A stretch of 62,078 nucleotides of DNA, filler included, from Catajapyx aquilonaris (Eukaryota): the NCBI GenBank assembly GCA_000934665.2. It is 2 parts of 2 records of this genome, joined end to end, with 100 filler letters (N's around TTAATTAATTAA, not from the genome) between each part and the next. Parts side by side here need not be neighbours in the genome. Positions count along the whole stretch, not along the records: positions 1 to 31,000 come from JYFJ02004599.1; 1 more part is not named here. One strand, 5' to 3'. Positions 14,384 through 29,500 of the stretch are shown here, one piece after another. Position numbers and translations under genes: made by a program. Under the pieces are notes generated by a model. That model was not told where the DNA came from and made no database searches. It was given only the letters and a program-made list of their open reading frames with translations. Position 1 is the first letter of the stretch. Every line of letters starts with the position of its first letter.

Positions 14384-17300
14384 AAAAGTGTTGCTATTGT
14401 CAAGTGCAATTACATAAGGTTGGCACGGTATATGATTTACGATGTGTTCCGCAAAGGACTTTTCCGTACCTTGTTAAGAGCAGACCCGCTAAGAAGGAAA
14501 TACGGGCCTTGGAACTATTAAAGGTGGGGGGGTGCGAAACATACGAAGCGTAACGCCTGCCATTATTATGTGACATGTGCTATTAATTAAAATTTAGTTT
14601 GCACGTATTGTACATGCCGAAATTTTAAAGGCATTCAGAGAACGTACAGAGAGAGTCTCAGGTGGAAAGAGAGAATGAAGGCATCCAATCTCGGGCTGTT
14701 GAATTAATAATGGCGGAAAACCCTCGGTGTTTCAAGAAAGGTGACTCTCCAAAAGCTGGGCCCTATGCATTATGCATTCCAATTAATCGCTCAATGGCTG
14801 GAGATACATAATGTATGTGACGGTGGGAACCCGCATTTACATGGTATTGCACATGCTGTGACCAGTGTTTAAAACGTTGCTGTCCATTTTAGGCGGGGGA
14901 AGCTGCAATAACGGGGAAGGATAATTTTTTTTATTATTATATGTGAAACGGAATGTGCGGCCATGCAATTACGTATACGATCGGAAATTGTAGGTCGAGC
15001 ATTAAAATGAGCGAATTAACCTTCCAAAGCAGGAAGTACACCGTTGCTTAAATTAATTTAATTATCGAGCATAAATATACAGGGTGTGTTCCAGGTGTGA
15101 CTAATGCTCCAGTCATGCTTCACACACCTGACGTAATTATAATTATTGATTAACACGCTCATAAATTGCGTCATAATTTTCTTAATTGGCTGACATATGA
15201 TTCAGGACTTCAGTATAAGGAATTTCGCCAAAAATATTGTCTAAAAAGGCGACATTATAAGTAATAATTGGCAGTTTTTCCCGCTCTCATTTTCCAAACG
15301 GTGGTAAAGAGTATAGATAAGCATCTTCCTATAGTCTATAGATTTATAATAACGAGCCTGGTGATATATTCGCGTGCATTAAAACCCGCCCAGTCCAAAA
15401 ACCGCCACAGAAAAGCCCCCCTTTTTTTCTTCCATGATATCTTCCGTGAGAATATTCGTGCCTGCTGAAAACTTTTAGAAGGTCGCGGAAAGAGTTTTTT
15501 AAAATATGCTGACTCTCACGCTCTCTTCAGTTCTAAGAAAAGGTCATTTCTTGTTTCTTTTCTTTCCGTGAGTTTCATGATTCCGGTTTGGCCTGAGCAG
15601 CATTTTGTGAATCGAATTTTAGCGAAAGGTTGGTGCAAATACTTGGTCGCACCCATCACGAAGTGTTGTGCAACACTGTTGAAACTGGACAGCACTTTTA
15701 TTATTGCTGTCGAAAAAAAATTGCTTCACACTGGCACAGTTTTTATTGTGGAATTGCATGTTGGGATGCAGCGTTGGATTACTGTTATTTGCCTAATGAC
15801 TTCACAGGTCGAGAGATTCATGGCCAGCGGTACACTGGACCCAAAACGTCAACTAATTTTTTTGAGTAGGACGTTTTATTCCCAAGTCACCAGTTTACTA
15901 TCTTGCTGTACTATGCACACAAACATGGTTTGACGCATTGTTGCGAACTGCATTTTGACCGTAAATCAATACAGGACAGACTTTCACTACAGGTTTTGCG
16001 GTTCGAGCACCAAAAGGGCCCAACTTCGTGTCCAGGTTGTAGGCTTGTGTTCATCAGCAAAAATGTGTGTGGCTGCATGTGTGTTTTTTTTATATAAAAA
16101 AAGGAAGTTAACTGCAATCAGTGCTTTTGGCAGCAGAGTCGTCAGAGCGAGCATCAGAGAGCTATCGATATCCAATAGACGGGACTCTCCAAGATGACCG
16201 TATTTGCACCGTTGCCAAGGCTTTTCTATTGAGCCAGTGGATCATCATAACCAAAAACCACCTCCCATCATGAACTATATAGGAAGCTTTATCACCATCC
16301 AGGTTCCAATTAATCCGCATACCCCCTGCCCATGTTTGCAATTCCAAGCTCCGAGGCATACAGTGTGTTTCGTAAGGATCGCCACAAACTATAGTCTACT
16401 CATCCTGGTTTGAACTCTGATACACCCTGTGTTAATTATAACATTTGGAGAGATGGTCCCTCGATGGAAACCCATCGCAGCATGTGCCTTTTGTGCCATC
16501 GGTCGGGTGTATCTTACATGGTGGTTTTTTAGTTGAAGACCCCCGTTAAAAGATGCGGGCATGATTCTTCCTGTGCGAGATTATCTCATTCACACACAGA
16601 GGATCCCTGGGAGGAAGTCATCATGTGATGATGCCCTTCTTCTTTTTTTGTGTTTGGCACCGTTGAGTGTAATGGGCTTGTGGCTGCGGTACAGTTTGGG
16701 GCAGGAAATAATGAAAACTTGGTTAAGATCATGCCTTCAGGGGACATGGGAACGTTGTGGGCTTTTGGAAGGCTCTGGAGATGATAAGACTGCTGTACAC
16801 ACTTGGGGCTGATTTTGGGTCACGTTTGAAGCTTCTACGCCGATATCAGATCTCTAGTACTATCGACGGGAGGTATAGTCATTCATGATGCAATAGGCTG
16901 TATGAAAGGGTTTATCGACCGGTACGTCGTACCGTCAGAACCAGGCCCACTAGTGTTTACTTTGCTCTGTGCATAGGAATTATTTGCTCTATCCAGCCAT
17001 GTTGTACGTAAAATGTAGGAATTGCCTGATATTTGTGACATGCAACTAATTGGACGCTTCTTGTTGGCAAGCACGATTAAATATGACGAGAGAAGTCAGA
17101 ATTTTTTTGGTGCGGAATCCTCAGTAAATAACAAGCTTTCAAACTGTCACGATGTATCCTGTGACAAACACAATCCGGGGAGGGGATACGTTTGGTTAGC
17201 AGTAAACATTGAAGAATTTTATTTGCGCCGACGTGATTCTGCACACTACATTACTGATATGGAAAAGATTTAGGTGTGCATAGATCCGCTATTTGCATCC

Positions 17301-20300
17301 TTCTTTTCATAAAATGATGAGACTCAATTTTCGTTTAAATACTCTTCACTGAATTCTCTGTTAAATATAATTTTTAATGCCGAAAAGAATAGTTCTGCAA
17401 TATTCAATCTCATTATATTTGTGAATTGCGGAAAAATAGGTTTGGCAATCAAGATTGCAGCGAATAAATTGTACATTGAAGGTGAACACTTGGGTAAGTC
17501 CAAATGAGGTTAGAGAAGTCTATCTCCATATAAGCTAGAGATTTAAACATGTGCCTGAAACTCGTCTTCAGAAATAAATTAGCGCTTGAATGAATTTTCT
17601 CTGGATTATCAAAGGATTCCTCCATCACAGATTCTCATTCCAGTGTTCGCCCCCCCAAGTTTCGGGGACTGATTTCCCACCCGTCTCATTAACTCCTTCC
17701 AAAAAAAAAAAGTACTATTTTTACCCCCAATCTAATTTAAGAAAACGAGAAATCTGGACACTCACGTGCCCCTCTCCCAAAAAACTGCAAATAGCATCCT
17801 GAAAAATGCAGATACGTTACAGTCGTTATACCCAATGCATCAACTTTCGATATGGATCAAGTGACGTCCTAGGAATTGGAAAATCTTCACCCCTTCTGGG
17901 ATACTCTCTTCTTTTTTTTGGAGAGCTCGTCTTTTGATGCATGCTTCGTATTCCAAAAGAAGCCACTAAGGCGTCACGTCTCCCATCCCGGTTGAGGATC
18001 CTTCGCTCGTTCCCAACATATATATACACACTTTTTTTTTCCTTTTTTTTTTTTGCAAGTGTCCCCGACGCGCCCGATAGATAGCTAGTAGTGCAGAATG
18101 AAAAGTTGGCGGTACTTGACCTCCAAAAGCCCTGTCCTGAGACATTCCGCGAGAAAGCTCACACCAACCCCTTTTGTCCACTTTTCGCAATTGGCCATCA
18201 CAGCAAGGATCAGACCGGACTCTAACAGGATCAGATTTTGACCTGTTCATATATGTTTGTAAGGAGGACATTGTATATAATACCCTTGGTGCCATCCTCC
18301 CTTCCCCTTTCCTAATGGTCCATTAGCTTGAATGCAAAATTCATTCACATGTGCACTGGGGAGAGCTCAGGGTATCGATTCACTACATCATCCTGGGGTG
18401 TACGTATACTATATAGTAGCAGGCAGGGGCTTTTCCACGTCCCTCTTTTTCCCTATACGTATACGCTCTCTCCAGCAGTGTGTACGGTTTATACTCCAAA
18501 CGATGTGTGCTGGACCTGTCCTACTCTCAAAGCAAGGGCGTGTCCTGTTAGGAGCATAAGTATATAAGCAACTTTACATAATAATAAATTGAAGCAAAAT
18601 TCTGATTCTACACACACCACAGCACATAGCAGTCGAGAACATTGAAACGTCATATCATGTATAGTAGGGAATGTAGTGATTGTGATGTGCGTCACTCGCT
18701 GAACATGGGGATGAAAAGAGGCGGCCCAGGGCACGTCACGGTCGACGCATAAATATTAGGCGACATGGAAAACGACTCTTTAACACGTCACGTCATATAG
18801 GGGCACGTGCAATTCATCAAGCTTTCATTTTTTGGGGTGTGGTCGAATGTCGTTTGACGCGTCAGCTGCATGCCCGACACTGCTGCTTCTGGCTGGGGCC
18901 ATCAGAAAGTGCTCTCTCAGGCGCAAGATCAGCCCCTCGTTTGGCTGCCGACATGACCGCACTTAGTGGGCGCAATTTCCTCAGGTGTGAATTGCATCCT
19001 GGCCTGTTCTCACGAAAACCCATTGTGCACATCTCCATAGACTAGAGCAAGCCGCATAGCCGTACCAGGCAAAATCACTTGCATGAGAGCTCCTTTCAGG
19101 TCATGAATTATATTGTTACTAACGCCCAGATTCTCATATATTACCCAGTCAGGATATACTCAGCCTTCACTGTTGTAAAGTAAAATAGGCTACAATGACA
19201 AAACTGCATTCCTAGTACATAAATCCGGAACAGGAAGCAAGCGCCATATCTCCAGCAGATGCTTGTAGTCCAGTCATGGCTCCTTTTGTGACTGGTATAG
19301 TTTTGAAGGATGATGGACCGGCCTGCTGTGGCATAACGAACGTGCCTGATAACGAACCGTCTTCCGCAACAACAATGCTCCCATTCACATCCCATCCGGT
19401 ATATATCCCAGTACACATATCTGTAACGAGACAGGTAACCCCTAGATAAAAGCTGGTCGTGCCCATCGTGACGTCACCTTTGCATTGTTTTTGGCTGTGC
19501 CTAAGACCGTATCTGCACAGTATAATTTTGAGAGAAGGCCCGAGGTGGGAGGGCTTTCCAAAAAGTTTTAATCCTAGAGGACGTTGGGCTAATTGGGCTC
19601 TCCCGTTTTTCCTACATCACAAGTTTGCCCGGCAGAAGTGCGGGGGTTTGAAAACCGTAGTTATTACCAGTCATCAAAGGTGGTTTTACTCACCCAGTTT
19701 TTTTTTTCTACTTCTCCCAGGACGCCTCGGGGGCACTTTAAACCCCATTTTGCGTTATTAGCTTACTGTTCTGCCCGTGCTTTGTTGTTTTTATATTGTA
19801 GTGTCGAGTAAACCAGCGCGTGTATATACTGGGGGATTAATCCGAGCGTGGTGCACTCACTCAAATTGTGCGGTTTTGAATGGGGGATAATCTCAGCTAC
19901 TGTTGGAAGGAAACGAGATGTATGAATTCTGCCACGTGTACAAAAAAAAATGTTGGGATGATAACAATACAACCTCCTACAATAATAATACAAAATATAA
20001 ACCACTAATCGCACACTTGGTCTGAGAAATAAAAATATTTGCTTCCAAGACTTTCGTGAAAAAGATCCATAATCCTGTCCTTGAGGTAGCCTCTTTTTTT
20101 TCTTCACGAAGAGTCAGGTTATGCGGATAGTACTGCGGTATACAGCGTCTGCCCACAGTTTGGCACCTGAATGGAAAACAAATGGTATCTCAGGGGGGAA
20201 GTGTGTTAAAAGAAAAAGAAGGATTATTTGAAACAATTGGGCGTGCATTTGTCTGAACACAATGTTGCGGAAGAGCGCTGGTGCACTAAATGCAACGCAG

Positions 20301-23300
20301 CGTGATTCATGATCGTATCTGACCTTTGCGCTTTTTTTTTTTTATTTGTTTTCCTGTGCACTTTGTGGGGACGCACTTCCTTGGTACAAAAGGATCAAAG
20401 AGCAAGTGACACTGAATATTGCATGCAGCATAAATATATACATTTGCAATTACTAGAAAATGTGTGCACGTCTCTGAAACATTGAATGATGTAAAGGTTT
20501 TGGCTTTTGCTGAGATAATTATTTATGTGCAATATTAATGAACTCAGCACAAAAGAACTCATTCCGTTTGTAACAATTTTTTTGCAAGTTACACAGGTGT
20601 CGTAAAATTTTACGAGGAATTTCGGAGTACTCGCGGAGAAACTACCGTTTGCCGCATAATTATGACCCACTCTTGAGCACTCGGATGCACACGCTTGCAT
20701 AATTCATATCAGTTTCCAAGAGGCTGTGTGCTCTTTGCTATAGACTTTAGCTGCAAAAAAATACATTACAAGCGCTACATTCTCGAGTTCTGGGTTTCAT
20801 ACCGCGGTGATTTTATGCCAGGCCTTTTCATCTGCATGAGAATCCCTTGATATTGCCTGCTCGTTGCAACATAATAAAAGAGGTCCTTCAAGTGCTATGT
20901 ACAGCAAATGGTGTTCGGATGTGATTTGGCTGATTAATTAGGGCTTGAAATTACCAAGTACTATCCTGTAGAATGATTTTAAAAAATCGTTCTCCTATAA
21001 TATGGTTATTCTCTCCGTCGGATGTTTGTCCGACCTGATAGTATCACTATCTCTCGCACTACCTGAGGGTGGCAGGTGTGTGCCATATATGCCATTAAAG
21101 TCGTTTGATTGTCACTGTCATCCTGTTTTATAGGTTTTGCCCAATTTTGGCAATGGGTTCACTACTTCAAAATAATTGTCATTTTGTCACGTACCAGCCC
21201 GACTCTTCCTATATATAGCAAAACGTGATGTCGCAACTTGTGTGTTAGAGGAAGCTGTTGTTCCGGGAGGGGGCAAGAAAAACGGATGCTTTCAAAATGC
21301 AGATAAGTTTTGTTGGCAGACTTTGACGCAGAGATAGGATTCCGCTGAAAGCATCGCTTCCGGGCACATGGCGAAAATATACGGGCGGCCATTATGCGCT
21401 TGTGTGGGTAACAGATCCTCTCTCCTCCCGCAGAAATCCGGAGCTTGATGCCACCTCTTTTTGCAGGCGCCATAAACTCGAAAATGTCCCATCTGTAATT
21501 TCCCTTACCAGCAGGAACATTGCAACTGCTCAGGATAAAAGGCAGTAACAATTTGAGCGAAGGTCACAGTTCATAAATCGCAGTTTCACTTAATTGTGCA
21601 CAGCCTTCCTGTGTTTTAACTGTTGTACCTGCTGATCCGTTTAGGGAAGTGCACACCTGTGGGTGAAATGGACCTTTTTTCTCCTGTTGTTCTGTGTGGT
21701 CCTGGATGCAGGAAGACCCCAGAGCTGCCACCACAAAGAAGATCGTGATTCACGATCCGGCCTGGGACCGGCCCCATGCACTTGACTTATCCCTTCAAAG
21801 TTTTTTAAGATGGGAGGGGGATCTGGCTTGACCTGATGGATCTATATGCTTGGGCGAGGTGTAAAAAAGTGAAGGTGAAAATTTCGGCTAATTCCAGAAG
21901 TGAAAAGCTGGGAGGGAGGAGGGGACGTAAATAATTTTTAGATGAGAATAGTGGGAGGAGTCTCGAGAGTGCAATTTGTCAGGCGAATTTACTGGCGAAA
22001 ATTTGCACTGCTCGTTTCAGGAAGCTAATGCGCTTTGCACCTGAGGTTTTAGCTGCTGGAGCAATATTTGAGAGTCTGCAGAGTGACGTAATGAGGAACA
22101 CGTGACAGTGCACCTACATAGAATGTGAGGAATTTGTCGAAAAATTAAATGAAAGAGCGACAATAATTCATCAGTCACCGTGTTACTTTGGAAAGTGTAG
22201 AAAAGCTCACAGCCGATAACTTATGGATTTAACGCCCTCTAATGAATTTCCCAATAGAACAAGGGCTGAACTCTGTGGTAATAAATTGGAATTACAGTCC
22301 ATTTGTCTATGGAATCGGCATCATAAATTTACCACTTATTGTTGCGATGGCCATTCCAGCCGTATATCGTATGTGGAACTAACGGCCGGTTGTGTGAACC
22401 AAAATGCATTGTAATCGGAGATTTCCTCTTAATTTATTTCATTTTTTTAAATATTGTAATTTGCATCCCTACCTAATGGACTTTGCCAATATTTTAATAT
22501 GGCAATACTTTTTTTGACTACTTTGACGTCAAGTTCATCTGCTATTGCGAGAGTTAGCAAGTTTAATATGTAAACCTGGGTCTTCAGGGCAGTTACCGCG
22601 TGCTGTAAAATATTCGGAAATATATTTTCTTAGCGGAACTGGAATGTCAGCGGAATAGTTCTAAGTTAAAATTAATGCTGGCAGTAGATCCTGAGGTAGT
22701 CTCTTCCTCCTTGGCTTTTGCCAAGATTTGCAGGTCACTTTTTCAAGGGTTTTTTGATCCTAAGCAAAAAGGGGCGAGGCTCGTTTAGCTGCAAAGTGCA
22801 CTTAACTTGCCTTTTAGTCAACAAGTTTCCTTTAAGCAGCCCGCATTAATGGTTTCGTGGCCGAGCTTTTAGAAAATATTATGAGAACGTGTGTTCCACA
22901 TGAGAAATCGCGAGGCTCTTGGGCTCACAAAACCAAGCCGCCTTTTCTCATCCATGACCTGACCTTTTGACATCTTCCCCCTATATATTCTGAAAGGATC
23001 AATACGTTTTTCGTTTCAATTATTCTAACAAAATGTGAGGCCCGAGTTTCAGCTTCCACCCCCAATTAAACCTTACATTGTTCGGGACTTGCTCTACATG
23101 CGGTCCGTAAATGCGAACCGTGATCGTCGCAGATTACTGGACTAGCAAACCTTTCCAATGCAAAAAAAAAACCCTTTGATTCGAGGGGGCCTTCCAAAAG
23201 TCGCATCCATTCATGGCTACTAATTCCGCTTTCTGGTGCATCCATTGGGGGCATTAAAATTGGATTATCTTTTTTTGAAAATTCCCTGTATTCAATCAAG

Positions 23301-23436
23301 GGGGATTATGCAAAAAAGTTGCCTTTTCACATTCAAAAACGTGGGCTCCATCAAATTGAGTATATCGAGTTAAAAGAGAGGAAATGGGGAAAATGCGGAA
23401 TTGGGGTTTTGATTGGATCCGTCGGATACTGGCGGC

Positions 23437-23506
23437 TACAGGGTGGTACAAATCCAATATTTCCACTTATGTTAGTAGTCTATAGAAAAGTGCTGTACCA
23501 CCCTGT
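23437..23506. mobile_element. Tiny Tc1/mariner-like MITE remnant
   Basis: 13-bp inverted ends ACAGGGTGGTACA / TGTACCACCCTGT; similar TACAGGGTG...CACCCTGTA ends at 38447-38636. Confidence 0.5.
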
Positions 23507-26500
23507 GTAAATATCGGAAGAATAAAAAAAAGTCACGCGAAGGTTTACCTGTGGGTCGCTATACATAAAAAAAACTGGAGGTTAGACAAACCGGTCAAGG
23601 TATCTGGAGTACTATGTACAGTATCTTTTCTAGGATCTGACGGTTACGTGTCGCCGAACAAATACCGATTTCACTGCTGTTCAGGTCAGCTGTCACGACA
23701 TGGGCGGACGGGATGGACTCAAATGATATCGCGGTGTGTAAATGTGTTGCCCGATATTAGAGCTATACTAACAGATGAGGTCAAAAAACTTAACGGGGGT
23801 GTAACAAGGACAGGTTTTCAAGAAAATGCGAAAATCTGTCATATTTGAAGCTGAACTGTTATTATTATTTGCCATGCTGCTGGCATGAAAGTCTTACAGA
23901 AAAAAATAATCATAATTTCGAGTCTCCCAAAGCCCCCAAATAAGCAGCTGTCACTGCATAAGGATCCCTTACGTTTTGAGACGCCGCCAACTATTTTTTT
24001 GTGTTCTGCCCGATTTTCAAGATGGTTCCTATGATTTCTAAGAGATTTAAAAATGGTTGCCCTCTGAGATTTACTGCCAGATATTGGCCACACACACAAA
24101 AAAAATATACAAAACCGCTATGTAGCTATAACAAAAGAAGCATGAATGGCTGGGGATAAGCCCATCTCATTTATGATATCGATTGTGCATTGTGGTGTCC
24201 AAAATGGTGTATAGTACGTCGAAAGAGATTACAGTCAGCGCATTGTTACGGCCAATTTACCCACACCCCGTCTAATAGTTTCCGGACCTCTTCTTTTTTC
24301 TCTCTCTCAATTCCATCTCCTGTCGTTACGTAACGCGACTGACGTCCTTGGAAATAGCCTTGCTTATCTCGAAAATCGACTAGAAAATTACAGAGCGCAA
24401 TGTATATGGCTAACACAGGTAGCTGCCAATTTCGAATGGCGACCAGACGAGTCTCTCTCTCTTTTTTTTAGGGATAACATCACAGGCTTTGGCTTCTAAA
24501 CTGTACGGTGGAATATACACTCTCAGATCGATTTCTCTCTCCTGGATGCTGGGGTGTGCCATCCCGCGCCATTTTGCCCAAAAACCGACCGAATTCAGAG
24601 GAAAAATTTGCACCAGCTAATCATTCGCGAACTGTTATTTTCAACTGCTACAAATATAGCTTGTGAAGTTCTGAAACTGGCCTCGTATAATATTTTTATA
24701 GTCAGTGCGCTAAGTTAATGGGTGGGCCTATAAAATGGACTATAGATTTCTGTGGTTGAGTGCGTCTTTGTTGAGCTGTGTATAGTCCAGGAGAATGAGA
24801 ATTGTTAATCACATTTTGTGAATAACTCATAAGCTTGGGCCTTTTAATGCGGGTTGAGTTGGGGCTGGTCGCGGTTGACGCAGGAGACTTGTTTCGGGGT
24901 TTGGGCCCCTCCCGGATCATTAGGCTTCCGCGGGAATCCGGGAATGTGATGTCCATGAAAAAAAGAGTTTCAAAGGGAATGTTATTCGCGTTTGAACCCG
25001 CTTATACTATATGTAACTATTGGCCTAAATGAATCAAACGAGGCGATGGAAGTGTCGCAGTCTGTACCCTAGTCGTAGTATAGACGACTCTAATTGTAAT
25101 AGTTACATGCATCTGTATTAGAAGTGTTTCCATGGTAATTGATAATTTGCTTTGATTTTTTTTAAGAACCCACATTATGGGCGTTAGTATTATTGTAAAT
25201 TAATAGTATACATTTATGCAATGTGTGTGGAGTATGTAACATGCCGAATGGACCGACTTCTCCTAACAACAATGGACCAAACGTCGGTGAAAATCCTGGA
25301 GTCGAACTCGTCTTCAAAATATTCACGTGCGTTTTTTTTAAATACATTATTTTGACCCTTTTAAAATGATTGTCCATTCGAGCCCCTATATGATAGTGTC
25401 CCTACTCGTGCCGTTATCCATCCCCGTTTGCCATTTGTGATTTAAGTACTTTGTCCATCTTCCCAGCTCTCTAATATAATCGCGAAAGCACATGAAGTGG
25501 CCTCATGTAGTTCGGAACCAGACCATGCTCGAAAGTCCAAAGGGAAAGTGATGTTCCTTGTACTTGTCTAGTAGTTCTCCCGACCCTCTTTGCTTTGGCT
25601 TTGATGGCACCAACAGCAGGCCTACTTGTTTGCCGACCTAAACTAGACCTGATTGACTCTGATGGGATCAGTCACCGTAAACCCGATGGACACAAGCCTG
25701 GCACACGTGCATCAAATATCTCGCACAACAAAGTTTATTAAAATTTGTAAAAATTATTTTCATGTGTAACACAACTCAGTTTTTTTTTCTGGTTCGGTGC
25801 AAAGAACATGTCGCCAACATTTTCTGTGATGGTGTAATGGACTAGGTGGAGCTCATTAGAGAAAAGGGAGAGACGAAGGAGCTTCATTAATATGAAAGCG
25901 GGTCGAGACTTGCAGCCGAGGTCGTGTTTAATGAATTCCTCTTAATTTTCAAGGAGGCTTATTTTGCCGGATACAACACAGTGAGCGTTTATCAGCAGGA
26001 ATGCCAGTTGGTGTAATCGATTCGGGAAATGGTTACTGTCGCGCCCCCCCGCCCCTTTCCTTGATGCAAATGTACACGGCTTTGAGTTTACTATACGAGC
26101 TGCAGACTTGGCTGGCCCCATAAAAATGAGATGAGACTAAATTTAAGATGATTATCTCCTCAGAAGGTGGTTTCAGTCTCTTGGTGTGGCTTTATGTTGC
26201 AAGAGACACGTTTGCGGTTGAGTCCCAAACTGTTTCATCCTGTCTTATATAGGTCTAAAAATCTAACTATGGTTGCTAGTGAAATTAGCAAAGTCAGGGC
26301 CATTCACCTGCCACATAATATTGGGGCCTATCCCATAAATTGCAACCTGAACCGTTTGCTCGAAATAATACACACTTTGCCCGTTTTTTTTTGCACATGA
26401 GATATTCATCGCGGAAATAAATGCCAGCGTGGCCCTCCAGATAATCTTCTGGTTCACCGATATGACATACAACCCATTCAGCTAGTCACATGATTGCGCA

Positions 26501-29500
26501 AACTGTTACCTTCGGCTCACTCATCCATTTTACTGGATAGTATATTATAATTTTTTTGCGCGCGCGAATCTAGCAAACTGAATCCATCAACTTCAAACCC
26601 GCAGGGCTTCCCAAGAGTGCGAAAAATATGGAGAAGGATCAATATCTATTTAGAACTCCTGTCACATTATGCATCGATTAGTTCCGTGTTGACTTGACAC
26701 ACACAGTAATAGTTTTGGTTTTTTTTTTATATATCCTTCAATGAGAGATAGGTTAACCTGAACCAATTACTAAAAATGTCCACTTGCTGTAATTAGTTTT
26801 TTTGGTGACGTGTGTTATATACGACTGACCCCTGGAATCGCTCACGTATGACGCCCGATTACAAAATGTATACCAGGAGGGGGATTGGAATATATGGTGT
26901 TGAAATTACATATCCCGAAACGGTTATGGATATCTCCATGAGCGATTGGAATGGGATGTAAATGTCACGCCTTCGCGTAATTGATGCGTTCCGCAAATAG
27001 TGCCAACCAATTAGTGCGCTCGATAAAAATAAAAAATAAAAAATATCGGTTCGAACGAGGGTTAACTCTATTTGGATCTCATTTTATAGGGTAATCTAGT
27101 GTGGAGGACATTTGGAGCAAACTATTAGAGAGATATGATGGGNGGGGGGGGGGGAGCTCGAACCTGTAAAAGTGCGATATACGTATTCCGGGTAGTTACG
27201 GGTTGATGATCGCTTTAATTAAACATGCACAGCTTCCGGGGGAGGGTAGGTTAAAGTAATAACCAGCCATTTTTTTTATGATGCTGGATTTTTGCTGCAC
27301 AGGAACTGCTCTCGACAAACACGGAAATATTCACTTGCAGATTTTTGGACTTGCAGCTTACACGTGAATGTACCCACAATTTTTATTGAAAAATTGCAAC
27401 GGTCTGTTGAAGGTCCCAATAGGTATTTCTTTGCTCTGAGAAAATACCTGAAGGAGCCATACATTTTTTTCGGACTGTAATTCTCTCTCCTTCAATGAAC
27501 TTGTCCCTTGAAAAATGGCTGAAAATGAGTGCGAAATTTTGGCCACAGCAGCACTAATGGAATTTTTGCTTCGGACTCCCGCTCTAATTTGTCCCCATCT
27601 GCAAATTATTGCGTGCCTGTCCGGTCCTCTGACTTTGTAATAATCGCTTATGCCCTCACTGTCCAGTGAATAACTAGTCAGAGCGCAAACACATTACTGA
27701 CAATGAGTACTGAAAAAAAAAGTGGGCCATGCAGGAAATTTGAGAAGTTGACCTAGTATGGAATTTCAAGGCAATCTTCCCTCCCACGCACATACTGGTG
27801 TTGTTCCGTCATGTGAGACCCCCGCAATTAGACATTATTATAGCGCGAGGTCAGTTCAACAGCACGGATATGAAGCTGGGCAATGGGAAGAGACCCATCA
27901 CAATAATTTCCCCTCTCCAAAAAAAATATATATTTTAAAAAATACTAGTAAAGCCTGCGGAAATTCGGAACCGTTTGAAGATGGGGAAAATGGAATTGTT
28001 TTCCGATAATGTCCTTTTGAAGTGCAGCGAAATGGGCATGGACTCGAAATCGAGGTTATTTTTCCCTGGCTCTTTCCATCATCTCGGTATAAAACTTTTT
28101 TTTGTTTTTAGGAGAACAATTTTCGGAACTCTCCCTGAAGGCAAACAAGGAAGTCTGAATTGTCCAAGTGACCCTGAAGCCTGCGTCATTTCCACAGCGA
28201 CTTCTGTCATCTCAAAAAGTTCTGTTCCGGAACGCTGAATTTTTTTTTAGCTCTAAAAAAGGAGCCGCCATAAAAATTATGCAGTGACAAAAGCCGCACA
28301 ACTTCTTCTTTTTTTTAAAGTACAGACTGCATTATTTAACAGGCCAAAAATTCGGTCCCGCCAGAATTGTTCTGCACACAGTATTTATTACGGATGAGAA
28401 GATAGGCTTCCGTCACGTTAAGGTTAAGGCATACCTCACATTGCGGAACATCTTCAGATTTTCCCGATGAAAAAAATATATATAATCGAAGTAATATATA
28501 TTTTCTCTCTCTCTCTTTTTTTTTTGGAAAGTTCCGAATCTCGATCGTGCTAAACACTTTTCCTTGGTAATTGACGCTTTTCCATGTAAGCAAACTGTGG
28601 GAGCCTTAATTTCGAGGATGTTTGGATATGATATTGACTTTTCTATGATGGTAGTTTATACGAAGAGGGAAAATGCTGATGAGGGCTCGTTTTTTTGGGA
28701 GGGGAGTTGAGCATGAAATTTTCAGAATCTTTTCAAAAAAAAAAAGAAGTTTTGATTGCTTTTTTTTTGGGGGGGGGGGGCGACTTTGGAGCTAAACTAT
28801 TTGCCGGAGTTCATGAGAGAGTGTTTTTGATTATGGTGAGAGCTTTTGCATTATTTGGACTGCGGATATGTCCTGCGGGGTATAGATGTTTTGATAAACA
28901 GGTTTAATTATTTTGCTCACATTTGTGTTGCGGTATTGATATTATGCCACCACTAATTGCAAATTTGGAGATTCTTTATTATTCGGACATTTATATATGT
29001 GAAATCGGGGACTTGATTTGCAGTTACATTTGGTGATTGCCAAAACCTGTTAGTTTCGCGTAAAATGTTTTTGTTGCAGTGTAAATAAATGGCAGGTTCT
29101 GCCATTATTCGCGGTATTGATATCGCTCAGGAATGGCACGATTGCTCGCGTCTTTATGGTCGTGATTTATGCTATACCCTGCAACTTGCGGTAAAAATAA
29201 CTATTGCGTAAGTACTGACATTATCTCATGAAGTATTCACACTGTGACCATGTGCCACATCGACATTGTATGCCAATGCAAAAACGATGCTAATTTCTGC
29301 ACCCACAAAAAATAGCCGCTGTGTACATAAAGCCTGTTGCAAATTATTTTTTAATCCGACCCACCGCCGCCGATACGAAAATGTGTACACACCTCAATTA
29401 TTCGCATCGACGTATTTTTTTTTTGCACATCCAAGCGGCTATGCCCTTGAACTGTTAACATTTGGCACGTTAAAAATTCATGGCCAAAAAAGGTCAAGCC